DNA of 64,000 nt from Lingula anatina (Eukaryota; Animalia; Brachiopoda): contig CM120645.1 of assembly GCA_051362555.1 (NCBI GenBank), positions 7,688,001 through 7,752,000 of the forward strand. Direction: 5' to 3'. Shown one piece after another: positions 1 to 13,543 of this stretch. Made by a program: the position numbers and the translations under genes. Every line of letters begins with the position of its first letter. The stretch's first letter is position 1. The notes under the pieces are model-generated. The model saw only the letters and a program-made list of their open reading frames with translations. It had not been told where the DNA came from and did no database searches.

Positions 1-606
1 CAATAGTTCTAAACAAAGTGAAAAAATTACACTACAGTTGCATCATGGTACACAAATAAACAACATGAACTCAGCAGCTGTAAGAGAAATTTCAAAAGAG
101 ATATCCCTTATGAATTGTGGGCGTGTGTTTCTGTAGGCCCTATCACTGAGGTTTACTTTGCCGATTATAGGCCCTACCCTTGCACAAAATCTGTATAATT
201 TGTAGACCAATGTAGCTATATGATCACAGATGACCTTTATGGTTCAAGTCTTAATCTACATCTGTCAAGTAAAGGTCCAATGCAAAGCAAAATTAAAATA
301 AAATTAGGAAGGCAAAACAAACATAAAATGTGGAACAAATGCGTTGTAATAAATAAACAAAAGACAATTGGATGATTCTTTGCAAAGAATGAGATTAATC
401 CAGCATACAAACGCCCGCGTTTGGAAGTTAAAATGACTTGAAATCGTGTGATAGGGGCTTGGTGACATATCAACACCGTATGGTGTATATGACATAACAA
501 TTATTACCGTGATTATCATTCATATACAAAATTATATAAATATGATGTGACTTGATAAATATTTAGTTAAAGCTGACAATAGAACACCATTTGTGTATAG
601 AAAAAG

Positions 607-3600
607 TCAGTTGGTGTTTTGGTAGTACGTTGTATCTGCTGGATTTTCAAGCACAAAGTAATAAGGTTCTTGTTGATTGGTAGGGTTGGGTTCTCGTGCC
701 GGACAATAATCGTCATCGTCTGCAACATTTGGGTCGCTCGCTCTCTTACTCCGCGGAATGACGTCTGCGTATTGTGGAATGTTGTTCTGAGGAGAGTCTC
801 CATTCCAGCGCCTGTCTTGCTCATTGGCGCCTTCTACCTCCTTTGCGACGGTACTGTAATACACATCGTCTGCTTTCCCTGGCGTTGTATAGTAATGGTT
901 TTCTTTGGTATCAGATTTGAAACCTGGGGGTTGTGTGTAAGTATAGTCATGGGAGTCTGCGGCATCGTATTTTGGGTCATCCGCAGTGTTGTAAAACGGT
1001 TCATCGGTACCAGCCGAATACAATGTATTATTTCTCATTAAAACGGGCGACTGGTCGCCATTGTAAGTTGGTTTGGGAGACATCTTCGAAGGTTCACTGT
1101 AAATGTGTATTGAGCTCTCGTTGTTGTTCTTCGTCAGGTTTTCTTTGATGGATTTAAGGCTGTGTGGGTCCTGGTACACGTAAGGGGAATCATACTATAA
1201 AAAAGAAGAGAAAAAATGCAAGTTATTTTCCAAAGTCACAAGTCCAGCAGTAGGGGTGAACCGAATGCCGAAACTTTTCTTTTAAAACGTACCTACAGTA
1301 GTATTTTATCTGCTTAACACTATAGGTACATAAATTCAGTTATATGAATATAATATAATGCATCACTAATGTAAAATTTACAATACCCAATTTGTATTAG
1401 GCCTAAGATGAGCACAATTGAGCAATCTCACCTCGTTTGATGAATTCTTCCCTTTGCCTTTATTAAATAAGCTGTAAAATATGCAATGCAAACAGTTACA
1501 CCACAGCTTATCACACATGGTTCATGTTGTATTATTGTGCGGTTTAAGTTTTGATAAATAATTAACGGCTTTTATTAGCAAACGACCAAGACCTTGTAGA
1601 AAAATGAGTAGGCTACTCTGTGCTGAAAAAACTGCAATGTTTAATGCTTCGGACTTTGGAAAAACATGCTGGTAGGTTTTTGAAGGCACGGAACGATTTA
1701 AGAAAATGCAGAAAGACAAAGAATTACTTTACCCATATGTTCTGTTTCCATATAGGGTGGAAAAAGTAATGATGAATACACTAAATGAGTTCTACCAGCC
1801 CCAAGTCACCACAGAAGACCCACATATTTACCTTAGTAACATATCTCTCCTCTTCCACCATAGCAGTCCTAGTATAAGTATCACCAGGACCAGTAACACG
1901 GCTATCACAGTACCAGCTATGACACCGCCCTCACTAGGGCCGCTTTCGTGGGGCATGGTGTTGCCCCCTTGGGTTATTATCTGCATGGTTGTCGTTTGAG
2001 ATGTATCGGAAACAACTGAAAACAATGTAAATAAAAGATCATGAGAATTACCATAATGGGTATGAATTTTTGGTTATGAATGGAAATTTTAGTATATATT
2101 GGTTTCAAATCATTTTGTTATATATCAGAATCACACTTGCATCATACTTCATATTAATTTTTGAAATCACATTACATCCGATTAGTGTCTTACCTCCATG
2201 GGGCGTTGACTTAGCAGCAACCGTACTGTGTTTTGTAACCTTTTCTGCTACCGTAGAACTTTTAGTGCTTGTTGATGCACTTATTACAGTGCTTTCAGAT
2301 GAGAGCTCGTTCCCACTTGTTTTGCTTGTAATTGTTGGCCTTCGTGTCGTTGTGCTTGTGATTGTTGGCCTTCGTGTTGCTGCATTGTAATTGTTGTTTG
2401 TATTCGACGGTGCTCTTGTTCCTCTGTTGCTGTTACCAGGCCTATTACCTGTTGTGGTCTCTGGACACGTGGTACTCGTACAATACTCTACTGGTGTACC
2501 ACATGAACCAGGTGATGTGTTGCTGCAGTTATAAATTATCCATTTTCCGTATAAACACCAATAATACTGTGTACAGTCGGCTGGGTTTGGTCTAAGAGCA
2601 CCATTTTGTGGACAGTCCTCGGTATAATATCCACATGGCCATGTTACTAAATCACGAAAAAGAGATAACAACCATAGGATTATTTTATTATAACTTTGGA
2701 ATATGAAAATGAGTTCCGAAAAACAGGTACTCCTTAGGTAAATTTCATTATTAAGTAGCATTCCCATGCAAAAGAAACTAATTTTTCATAACAAACCACA
2801 AACAACATCGTAAACTAATGATGCTAATATACATACAACTTAAAGGTCACTATATAACAAATAAGGATGTTTGAATGTTAGTACCCACTCCGTCCATGTT
2901 TTTGACGTACCATAAGGTTAATGCGCCCCTAATTAAAAATAAAACTTAAATTCAAAAAAGCCCACTGCCGCACTAGTACAATGTACTGTACAATGCAATG
3001 TACTGTACACGTACATGCATTAAGCTGCCAGCAGTAAACATGTTTGTAATATACGACTTCCTTGTTCGTTGATACCAGCATGCCAGTATCAGGCTAGTTG
3101 GTACCAACTTTAAAGTGTGTTTGTGGATGGGGGGGGGGGGGGGGGGCATAAAAATAGTGAAGGGGGGCGGGAGGGTATCCATTTAGTCGCTCCTGCTTCC
3201 TGCTCTTACATAAGGGCGCATTCCCATAGATTTTAGATCGATCTATCCCCGTGGGGAGTCTCACTAGATTACTGTCAGATAATCCGACTTAAATGTCCGT
3301 CCCGCCCACTACAAGCTGTAAGGGGGTAATTAACTTTCTCGCCCGCTCGGCTGACAGCTATTTAGCGTGAACCCCCAGGGAGTTAGGTCGATCTAGTTGG
3401 ATCGATCTAATCTCTGGGAATGGGGTCTAGACTGGCGCGGTTTATTGAAAAAGGGGGAGGAAAGCAAGGCCCCTAATGTGACACCTGTCACGGTCCTTGC
3501 CTTTTCAAATGGGACAGCTCGTATCGAGGTGGGAAGAGTATTTGATCAGCACTTTGTCTTGGATTTACGTTTAATATACCAACACACTTGATCTACCAGT

Positions 3601-3817
3601 ACTATTTTCCATCTTTAGCCAGGAACTTTCAAAAATGGGTCTCAGCTTTTAAGCCTATCAAGGTAATGGTGAAAGTCGTTTCCTTGTGAAACTCAGACTT
3701 ACCTATGCCCGCTATATGAAAGCTGGCAATCCACCCCACTGTTAAATAGAAGAGGTCACTGAATTGAAAGTTGCTGCTCCACATTGTGGGTAAAGTCTTT
3801 ATCCTTGTGATGTGCAT
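607..3817 (-). CDS. Type I membrane protein: CBM14/peritrophin-A-like domain, Thr/Ser-rich stalk, TM helix, Tyr-rich cytoplasmic tail (~459 aa, 5 exons)
   Basis: Exons 3817-3703, 2646-2194, 2015-1832, 1471-1432, 1194-607, all GT-AG with compatible phases (1,1,2,0), 1380 nt in total. Motif CPQNGALRPNPADCTQYYWCLYGKWIIYNC; TM GVIAGTVIAVLLVLVILILGLLWW followed by KRR. The first exon and start codon (3817 or 3784) are the least certain part. Confidence 0.8.
3214..3427. mobile_element. PIF/Harbinger-like MITE, copy 1 (214 bp)
   Basis: Imperfect TIRs GGGCGCATTCCCATAGA / TCTCTGGGAATGGGGTC, flanks TAA/TAG; near-identical copy at 49493-49707. Confidence 0.8.
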
Positions 3818-6409
3818 GTTACTTATACATATACATCTTGTTAGTTTTTAACATGTCCCCCTGACCGTCGAATTGTCACCAGTTCTGTTGAATAGGTGAA
3901 AACAAATATACACTCTTGATTTTTTCCGTTAACAGTCTCTGCTGTACGACACGGTAACCTGTCTTATCAAAGTCGCCATTTTATTTACTCCTGAAGTAGG
4001 AAGTAGAAAAGCCAGCCTACCCCTAGAGTCATGTGACTTAATGGGTGAATAGGGAGTGTTATTACGGCTTGAAGCAGTGAGTGAAAGCCAACCGTACAAT
4101 AAATCTATTGTGACACGCCTATAATATGAATGAGAAAGGCGTGTTTGGCTTTGAGCTATACGCGTGTATAACTACATGTATCATACGTAGGTGGTGAAAT
4201 TACAGGCCTTCTTCAAATTATTGCGGTCTATGATAAGACATACAGAAAGGTGATATTTACTTGTATATATTATCCCTTAAAATATAAAATTTGATAAAAG
4301 ATCCCTTAGTTTCTGTAACATTTACAATCAAGAGAGATTATCTAGAGTGGGGTTTGGTTTCTTTTTTTAACAATGATGTCAATTTAGACAATAGATGTCT
4401 GAATAAAAACAGAAACAGACATTTTGATTCTGTCGCGTTTTAATCGAGAGTTTAATTGCACTTTTAAAGTATTTACTCACCCAGAGCTTAGTCATTTCAC
4501 TATTCATTAATTAAGAACTAATTTATCAAAGACAGACGTATAAGATAAGTTAACGTATTACTTAGTTAACCTCAAAACATGCTTTTATATTTGGGCCAGG
4601 TAAGATAAATTACTGTATAGTGGAAAACGACAAGTTTTTTTTAAGTACTACTAGTACAGGTACTGTAAGAATAGCATTAGCGTGGATGTCTTATCTCGGT
4701 CAGCTTATCAACATAGACAACTCTTGATTTTCAACCTCAAAACACTTACACGCCATTATGTATGCCAAATACCGTTATCAAATGGTCGCGCGGTCTTCTG
4801 CCCTTTTGTTTTTTATACCGATAGCATTTGAAATATCATACAGCGTGCGCGCTTTTCTCTTTTAGCATTCACGGATATGAAGTCCTGATTTAAACATCAA
4901 ACTGTAAGAAGGTGAAACGATGACCTTTTTATTTTAACACAATTTTGGATTATAAGTCAGATTATAAGTATATGTTTGACAGTGTTTTTGACTAAATTAA
5001 GCCATACTCTTTACACTTTAAATGTAGACGGGATGATTCCCCTCTCACACGTCCACTCCTCATCCCAACCAGTGCTGTAAGAATATCGACTTTTCCCTTT
5101 CCCTCAACTTGAATCTCCTAGGTCCAAATGCACCAGAGATAGTAGAGCTATGCCCTATACATAACTATTGAAAAGGCGGTCATATATCAAGTGACAGGTT
5201 TGGCGCTTGAGTGGGTCATTAAAATGTGAAAAGGAAGGGTTGGAAAGGAAGTGAAGGGGGGAGGGGGTTAGGAGACAACATTTACCCTTGAAATGACTCA
5301 AAGATATACAGGCAGTGGGGTCTCTCGTATAGTGCACCTTCACCTTTTTACATCACCAGCCCCCCCCTCCCCATGTACGTACTATGCCCCCTCTTTCTTC
5401 CTGGCTGATTAACGGGACTGATTCGTTTGGCATGTAGAAGGAGCGGAGAAGGAGACATTCCGCTATGATAAATGATAGCATGATTTAACAGTCACAGATG
5501 TATGCTGAAGTTTTAAAGACCCGGTTTATATTTTAATCACTGAGATCAGGCATCCGTTCATTAACTCATGTTTCCCCTTCCAAAGAAGACATCTAATCAC
5601 GTAATATCTTTGAAAAGTTCAAAAGTCGTAACAACTTGGCGAAGACGGAATTCGAGAGAAGGAAGATACTAGTACCCTTGTTTCCATATATTTGGCAGAA
5701 ATTTAGTTTACCTGTATGTCTCACGCGACAATTAATTAGATGAAAGGGCAAAGGATATTTTGTACCGGAAAGCCTCCATTCATTTATTTGATAGATTGAT
5801 AACTTCGTCTTTTTTCTCCATTTATTTGATAGATTGCCAGCTCTACGCAGGAAATAAATAGAAAAAAGTTTCACAAGTAAAAGAGTAATAAAAAAGAGTC
5901 TTATGAAGAGGCTGCAGTTATTTGGGTTTAAGGTTAAATAAGACATTACATCACCTGAAATGTGGCTGTTTTGAGTTGCTTGTGCTAAAAGACATAATAT
6001 TTGTTATCAAAAAAACTTTCCCAATTTTGATATAAACAAGCTTGTCGTAGATATTTTTGTCATGGTAATTTTATTGAAGTAAACGCTCCTATGCTAGGTT
6101 AAAACACTAACCAATTTTTTTTTCGTATAATGTGTGTCTTACGTAAGTGCCACTGCCGTGTCAGAATGATGAACTGCCTGCGCGCCATCTGTCGTCCTAA
6201 ATAGGTCTTCTGCATGAGCGCGAATTTTTTTAACGGTCCTCAGATTTACATTTGGTTAAAGGGATAATAACTCTTCGTATGAAATCTACATTTCACAATA
6301 ACAACATTGTGAATAACTCACAGAAATATAATATATTCTGTTTTACCACAAAAAACAGCAGTTATAGCTATTATTCTGATATCTGAAAGAGAAAAGAGAG
6401 GATGTCTTA

Positions 6410-6715
6410 GACTGCGTTCCCATAAAACCATCATACTAGCTGGATCGATCTATCTCTGCTGGGATTCTAGCCAAAGTGCAACCAATATAAGCAACTTTAT
6501 TGTCTGGCGCGCCCCCTCAAGTAAGTAGGGGGTAATTAACTTTTTGGAATAGGGAAGAGGTGGTCGCTCTGTTTTCGCGCACGAATGTTAATTACCCCCT
6601 AGCTTCTCGAGGTGACGTGCTAGACAATTCAGCTAATTACATTAACTGCACCTAAGCGATAATCCCCACAGAGATAGATCGATCCTGCTGGTACGATAAC
6701 TTTATGAACGCTCTC
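6410..6715. mobile_element. Palindromic Harbinger-like MITE related to the 3214 family
   Basis: Long imperfect inverted arms (GGATCGATCTATCTCTG / CAGAGATAGATCGATCC; GGGGTAATTAAC / GTTAATTACCCC), flanked by TTA at 6407-6409 and 6716-6718. Confidence 0.7.
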
Positions 6716-8881
6716 TTACATTATTTATAGATAGAAACATTTGGCGAAACAGGGGACCAGCAGTGTGGCTGGTCTAATAAAAAAGGCTTAAAAGGGTAAC
6801 TGTTATTTCTTCAGTAGTCTGTTTTGATATTAAAACATGTTGTTTGACATCATATCGTATTAATGTTTTAAAAAAGAGAAAAGAATCCCACACTTCAGAA
6901 CTTCTATCAAGACAAAATAACTTTTTCTTTAGTTCAGTGGAATGTCACCTACTGAATACCTAAGCATGATGTTACATCTTGCACACAATGGTTCTGACAG
7001 AACAGCTTTAGTTCAGTGAGCTAAAAAACATCAAATCTCGATAAGTCTCGATAAGTCAGCGATAATACTCATACAAATGTAATGCGTTTGTCTCGCGCAC
7101 ACATTACACCCCAGTCCCCTTTCCCATTATAGCGGATATCCTGACTTCTCAGAAGAGGCAGTCAACAGCCATGGTCAGTGACATTGCCAGAGAGCGCTGT
7201 TTGTGGCGAAAATCTCAAAATGAACGCGTAAACCTTTAATTAATTGTCAGTCTAGATCTGTACTTGATAAGTAGAGTATTTATGTTAATGGATGATTGCA
7301 GGCCCCAAAATCGTTGGATAAACTGTCGCGGCGAAAATGACGCCTGGATGTTATTGACAAATCGATTTTATCGAACATCAATCTGCCCAAGTATTAAATG
7401 TTTCCGGTATGTTACGTTAGGTGTCAATCAAGCCTAGATGATGGTAATTTTAATCTCGGGAGGACGTTCAACTTACATGAGATACCGTGAGCAGAATCTA
7501 AAACAAAATAACAGCTTGGCAGGTGTACTATGCTGCTTAACGCCCCTTATCAAATAATGTGTCCATAATGAATTCGAAGTGAATAAAGAAAACTGCGCGC
7601 TATTATTTACTACATTAAACATCAGTTTTACTGTGACACAAAAGAGCAGACCTCTGCCAAGGAGATGAATTATGAATATTATTCATTAACAATTTCGGGG
7701 AGTCCGGATTCCGTTGAAATTGAGATTTCTTTTTTCCTACTGGATAACCGTCTATACTGAAGATTTTATCTAAAAAAGATTCATAACTTTTTTGACATTT
7801 CTCCTCCGCTTACAGACTGACAACCAACGTCAAGGGAAGTAAACCCCTTCGCTGGCGTAGGTTATGATAATGAGAATTATAAAATACACTACACAGATAT
7901 TAATTGCCAAAGCTAGCTACCTGGTTTTTGTCTCAAAAACCGTATGGTGAAATAAGTTATAAAGCGCAGTACAAGGGCACTATTATCTACCACGCACTTA
8001 TGTAAACCTTGTTTATAGACAGTGAACCTCTAACTCAATTCACGCTTCTATTTCTTCAAAAATGTACATTGTGTATTCCCCATTGCAGACAAAGGTCATC
8101 TAGTGCGAATATTGGTAATCTGTCCGATTTTAACAAAACGTTATCCAGAATTGCGTGACTTCATCGGGAAAATTGGAGGTTACAGCAGCTGTTGTTTTCT
8201 TTTCCCAACCGATGTATGTGTTCATGCAACAAGCAACGACGTATTTGTGGTCAACCGTTTTGATGAATCCATTTTAAACGTTTAATAGCATCCATCGCTT
8301 GTGTAATGAATCCCCTATCTTATACCAGTAGTCAGGAAAGTTGGGCAAATGTTGCTTAATCAGAGTGAAACTGATTGGTAATGAGAACAGTATGCTAGGA
8401 CTGACTTTTTTTGGGGGGTAATTCAGGATTTCAGTATACGAAAAAAGATGTTAAAAAATAAATCAGTCACATTGTTCAAACAATTTTACGAAAATTGAAT
8501 AAGATGGAGCGTATCTGTTTTTACGCGAGGGAAACATGTTTCAGGCGCATACATTGTAATTGTGACTTGGATCACAGAATAAAATTGATTGATACTTATA
8601 AAATATATACAATTCTTGGACACAGGTTTGTCCTCGCACAATAACAATATTTGCTTCCTTGTGAGAGAAGAGCAGCTGAGTTCAGCCAGTGATGTAATGT
8701 CCTTTAAAGTTTCGATTCAATGACCAAAGAGAACGAGCGTTTATTTGATTTTATGCCATGTTGATTCTTTTCCACGTGCTCATGACGTAAAATCGAGGTT
8801 GACAGGGTGTAGACATTCAGTATGTTTCAGCCTTTCTGAATACCACACCGTGACCTTCTGCTTAATCAGACAATTGATGAC

Positions 8882-9587
8882 ATGGTCGCACGGGACAATC
8901 TACCCTGGATTCTTATTCCTGGAATTTTTCTCCTCTTTTGGAGTTGCTCGACGGCGGAGGCGTCCAGTTACGGCATGGAGACGTGCAACCACGCGACCCT
9001 TAGTGACCATTTCGTACGCGTCGGCCCAACTGGACTAACGTTCAGCGACAATGACGGCCGGTTCATGTCATTGACGGCGTCCACGTTAGATGATTGCCTC
9101 CGACAGTGTGCCGGCTGTCCCATGTGTTGTTCCATTAGTTATGACACGACGACAAGAACGTGCGACCTGAAATATGCGCCCGGTCACTGGACCAGTGGTC
9201 TGATGGAGCGGTCCGGTAGCTCCGTATGGCAGAAGGTAGGCTAATGGTTCTCTTTTCCTATTTCTCCCTCTGAGATAAAACGTGTCAAAATTGCAATTAA
9301 TTTCACAAGTTTGAATTGGACTTCTAAAGAAGGTATTTTGGATATTTTTGATTTTGACTTTTAAGTACCATATAGTGCATCGGTTAGACGAAGAGCAAAC
9401 TGTACCTAATGGATTTTTATTCGTTTCATATAGACTTCTTGCGCAGCATGCAGCACGGAAAAACGTGAGTGTCGTAATCTTGTAATTAAAACTAATTATT
9501 ACTGATCTTAGTTATCATTCATACAAGCAGAGTAAAGCATGAACTCAGAGGATACACAATTGATGAGTGCAAATACAATATGATTAC

Positions 9588-9620
<33 letters not shown>

Positions 9621-10085
9621 TCTCTCTCTCTTGTAAATTAGAAGAGATTCTCATTTCACACAATATTCAATTGTATTTTCCATGCAGTTGGCGAAGACGT
9701 AGGATGCTGGCTCACACTTTACAACCCCGTGGGCCAAAACTGCTTAACCCCGCAAATAACGGTCAGAAAGTGCGACATGTCATGGAGCCAAAAATGGATG
9801 ATGCGCGTTGTCAATGAGAGTGGTGAATTTCACCTAAGAAACAGAGAAAGTGGGAAATGCCTATCTGCCGACCCTGCCGTTAGCGATGGTGCCACTGTAT
9901 CAGCTTGCAACACCCCCGGGGCGTGGCACCTCTGGATAGTTGAATATTTAAGTGACTGGCAATATTTGTTTAAAAACGTGGAAACGTCACTTTGCTTGGC
10001 ACAGGAGATAGAGGGCTTTGGTTTAACCCCATGTGACCCCAACCAAACGAACCAGCACTGGATCCCAGTTTTTGGTGGAGATTAG
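8882..10085 (+). CDS. Secreted PAN/apple-domain plus ricin-B (R-type) lectin (~260 aa, 3 exons)
   Basis: Exons 8882-9235, 9434-9464, 9688-10085 (GT-AG, phases 0,1). Signal peptide MVARDNLPWILIPGIFLLFWSCSTAEA; apple-type TLDDCLRQCAGCPMCCSISYDTTTRTCDLK; three beta-trefoil subrepeats ending SQKW, WHLW, NQHW. AATAAA at 10582. Confidence 0.85.
9588..9630. repeat. (CT)n microsatellite
   Basis: Dinucleotide run in intron 2 of the lectin gene. Confidence 0.95.
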
Positions 10086-11612
10086 GACATAACCTCGGGG
10101 TCACAATAGTGAAATAACTGTAACATCATTACCCAATTCATGTTATATTTTAAAAACCATATTTAGCGTTTGAAGTGTTACCGTTAACAAAATGTGTAAA
10201 CAAATTTTTTTCTACATTATTTTAAAAGAAAGTAAAGCAAATTGCTGCTATTGTACCCGTTCAGTTTTTGACACAGTTAGAAATGGGAAAAATAATTAAT
10301 TTAAATCCAACGAAGAAATTTTGGAAGGGGATCTCTACATCTTTGTTCAAAGTTCAATGTTGATGCGATGTCGGTATCTTAACTATTTTCAGAGTTACAC
10401 TGTCGAAATTGAGTTTCCTATAGTTAAACAATGTTGAATTAATATTGAATTAATGTTGGATCTTTTAATTTACGTCCCAGTCAAAATTTCACATAGATGC
10501 AACGTTTAATTAACGTTTCTCGTATTTGCTTGCTGGCCTGTAATCAATGAAGATGTACCATTGTGCCGTGTCAACGTACAAAATAAAAGTGGCAGCTAAA
10601 CAACGACGGTGCATCTTATAATAGAACAACCCTCTGATCGCGAAAATGTCTTCTGACAATAATGTACATACTCCTATTGATCTTCGCATGATTGGTAAAT
10701 CGACGCTGATTTTATATTTATCTTCTACCGTCTTTTACGCCCAGCACTCCCTCATGACCCGACCCTGTTTTTTAGTTGTCAGTTATATTTCGTTACATAG
10801 TTTCAGGTAATATATTTATCATTAAAACTCTTATGTATGTATGAATGTATGTATGTGTGTGTGTGCGTGGTGGTGGTGGTGGGGGGGGGGGGGGGTGCAT
10901 CCCAGCTATATGAAACTTGCATGTGATTGTTTAAAATTCTAAACCTTCATATGTCCTTCAAAGTGAATATTTTCCTTTTACTGGTTCGTCAGTGATCTGT
11001 TAATCATCATCTCTAGACCGATAGACTAGTTGTTCATTAAACCTGTTTGGACATCCAACTTGGTTGTTTTCACAAATCTCCCCCCCCCCCCTCAAAAAAG
11101 AAAAAAGAAATAAAATAAGTAATACATGTAATAAGCACGACCCAAGCTCATGCATTCCAGTGTGAAGCAAGTGTAAATCTATAGCCGATATAATATACAT
11201 ATTGCAGGTCATCTGGCAAACGACAATAGGGTAAAGATTGAGCTGTACATTTTCCTACATATGCTACCTGAGTAATATTAAACCAATGATCATATGAGAA
11301 CATGTGCATGTGTAAACATAGAGCTACACAACTGACCAACGTGGGCGCATTACCATCAAGAAAGTCTTGAACAGTTAGGCAATGTATCAGAATAATGTAC
11401 AGCTGTGTTTTGTTCTAATTCTGTACAATTAGATACAGAATGCCAGTGCTTTCATTTGTATTTGTATTTTGCGAGAATTTCAATACTACCCTGTACATGA
11501 CTTGCATTTTTTCAATGTTCAAATAAAATATACAAAAACTACTATTTGTAAAATGTATGTCAAGGTGGGCTTATTGTGAGTGTACAAGGTCAAGGTGAAG
11601 CTTTTTGTAAAG

Positions 11613-11613
<1 letters not shown>

Positions 11614-11662
<49 letters not shown>
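11614..11662. repeat. (TAT)n microsatellite
   Basis: Trinucleotide run; source of the poly-I/Y/N ORFs in the ORF track. Confidence 0.95.
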
Positions 11663-12083
11663 GACCTCCGCCAGCAAAATTATCTCTTGGTTTTGTCTGC
11701 CCGTCTGTCTGTCTGTCTGTCTGTCTGTCAGCATAATTGTGAAAAAAATTGTGAACGGACTTATATGCAAATTTCAGAAACTGTCGGGAGGTAACCAAGT
11801 AACGAACGATCAATCATTGGTGGTGATGATTAATTGTCTGGTTAAACTGATTAAGTCTGTCTGCCTCTTTAATTGTCTGTTAGAAACATTACAAAAGAAA
11901 TCATGGATGGATTTTCGTGAAACTTTCAGGATAGGCCAGAAATGGGCAAGATGTTGGTGATTATCTAATAATTATTGTTAAACGAATACTGAGAACTGAG
12001 CTGATTAGTTAGTTAATTAATAAATCATAATAATAACTCATTCAATTATGAATTATTAGGATGGAGCTGCCTTGGCGGAGGTC
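11663..12083. mobile_element. Non-autonomous element resembling HINE/DINE-like repeats
   Basis: Inverted repeat GACCTCCGCCA (11663) / TGGCGGAGGTC (12073) with an internal (TCTG)n tract; related sequence at 38818-39025. Confidence 0.6.
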
Positions 12084-13543
12084 TTAGGTAAGCTCCCTAC
12101 TTAATACCAACTTAATTAGGCTATGACATTATAGCCGATGTCAATGGCCATCAGAATTGGCATACAGTGTAGGATCAGCAAAACGCTTTTCCAAGTAATT
12201 TTCCGATCGCGCCCGATCCTTGCTTTGATAAACAATATATGCATACAAGTTCATGTCAGGACTTCAGCTTAGAAAAGAAAATAAAGAAATAAAATTCAGA
12301 ATCAATTAGTCTATGGAAAAGTAGTCCAAAATTTCATCTTTTTAAATTCAAAAGTATATGTTTTGCGTTGGCTACAAAATGAACATCTGAAATCACGGTC
12401 TTTACTCAAAAGGATTGTTCTCTGCATTGCAGTTCACCTGTTGCCTCCCTCACTTCCAGCCGCCTGGCCTTTGGTCAGCCTTTTTCTGGTATACCCTCAA
12501 CGAACCCCGTCTTCATCATTAGGGATCCATTGCATTTTGCTCTTAACACATGTGCAAAGTAATCTATCTTCATTTTTCTCATTTTGGAGCTAAAGCTTCA
12601 ATGGCGTATGTGTATTTTTTAAATGGTTCGGGCTAGGGGAATTATACAATATGATCCAGAAATTAACTATAAAATCAAGTATGTTTAAGAAGAAAAATCC
12701 TTTTTTTTTGCGGGGGTAAGGTTTGCCAATATGCATAAAAGACAGGAAATCGATTTTTGACCAGTGTCGCAATTTGTCCGATTCTTACGGACACCGTCTC
12801 TTTTAATTAACTCCTGTTATATAAGATCTCTGAAGTGATGCATATACACATTACATTGTTGTAGACCATTTTCACTTACATGTATGTTATATGCACCGGG
12901 ATGAACGTGTTACACAGAAAACCACTGTGAGGTCAGGTTGCTAATATCACCATCCTGTAACCTCTCTTATTACTAATTTTCAGTTGAAGTCATTAGTTTG
13001 ATGTGTACTGCAGTCTACAATTTAAAAATATTTTGTGGAATTATATATTTTTTAACTAAATACGGATTACCCTGAGAAATGTGCCGTGTGTATGTAGGCG
13101 TGCTGTTTATCCCTGGGTGCATTACTAACAAGCAAATGCCCTGATACGATACGATGGCAGTTCTGACGTTATGTGTTAGCTCTAGAATATATACTACGAA
13201 TAAAATGCCATGCTTTTATCCGACGCCTAGTTTTATGCTCAGCATTGTGCACATTTTTGCATTTTTTCACTCTTGCTTCATAGGTTAAGTCACAAGAAAC
13301 AGCAATTAGTGAAAGGTAAATTATTGGGAATCAGTGATTCTTACGGGAGTGGTTCTTATATTTTAGAGGAATCTGACAGAAATGTAAAGGTTTTTACGTA
13401 CATTGGTTTCCTGTTTGATAATATCTGTAGGGTTTTATTACTTGATTTGAAAACGTCCATTAACTAAATCCACTTTCAGAACGGTTTACGAAATGACGCA
13501 GATCAGCCATGTAATTGAATGTATCGTGTTTTATGCCAACATA

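Noticed and set aside
11519-11960. ORFs with poly-I, poly-Y, poly-N and TDRQ repeats
   Set aside because: Translations of (TAT)n and (TCTG)n microsatellites, with no splice or domain support.
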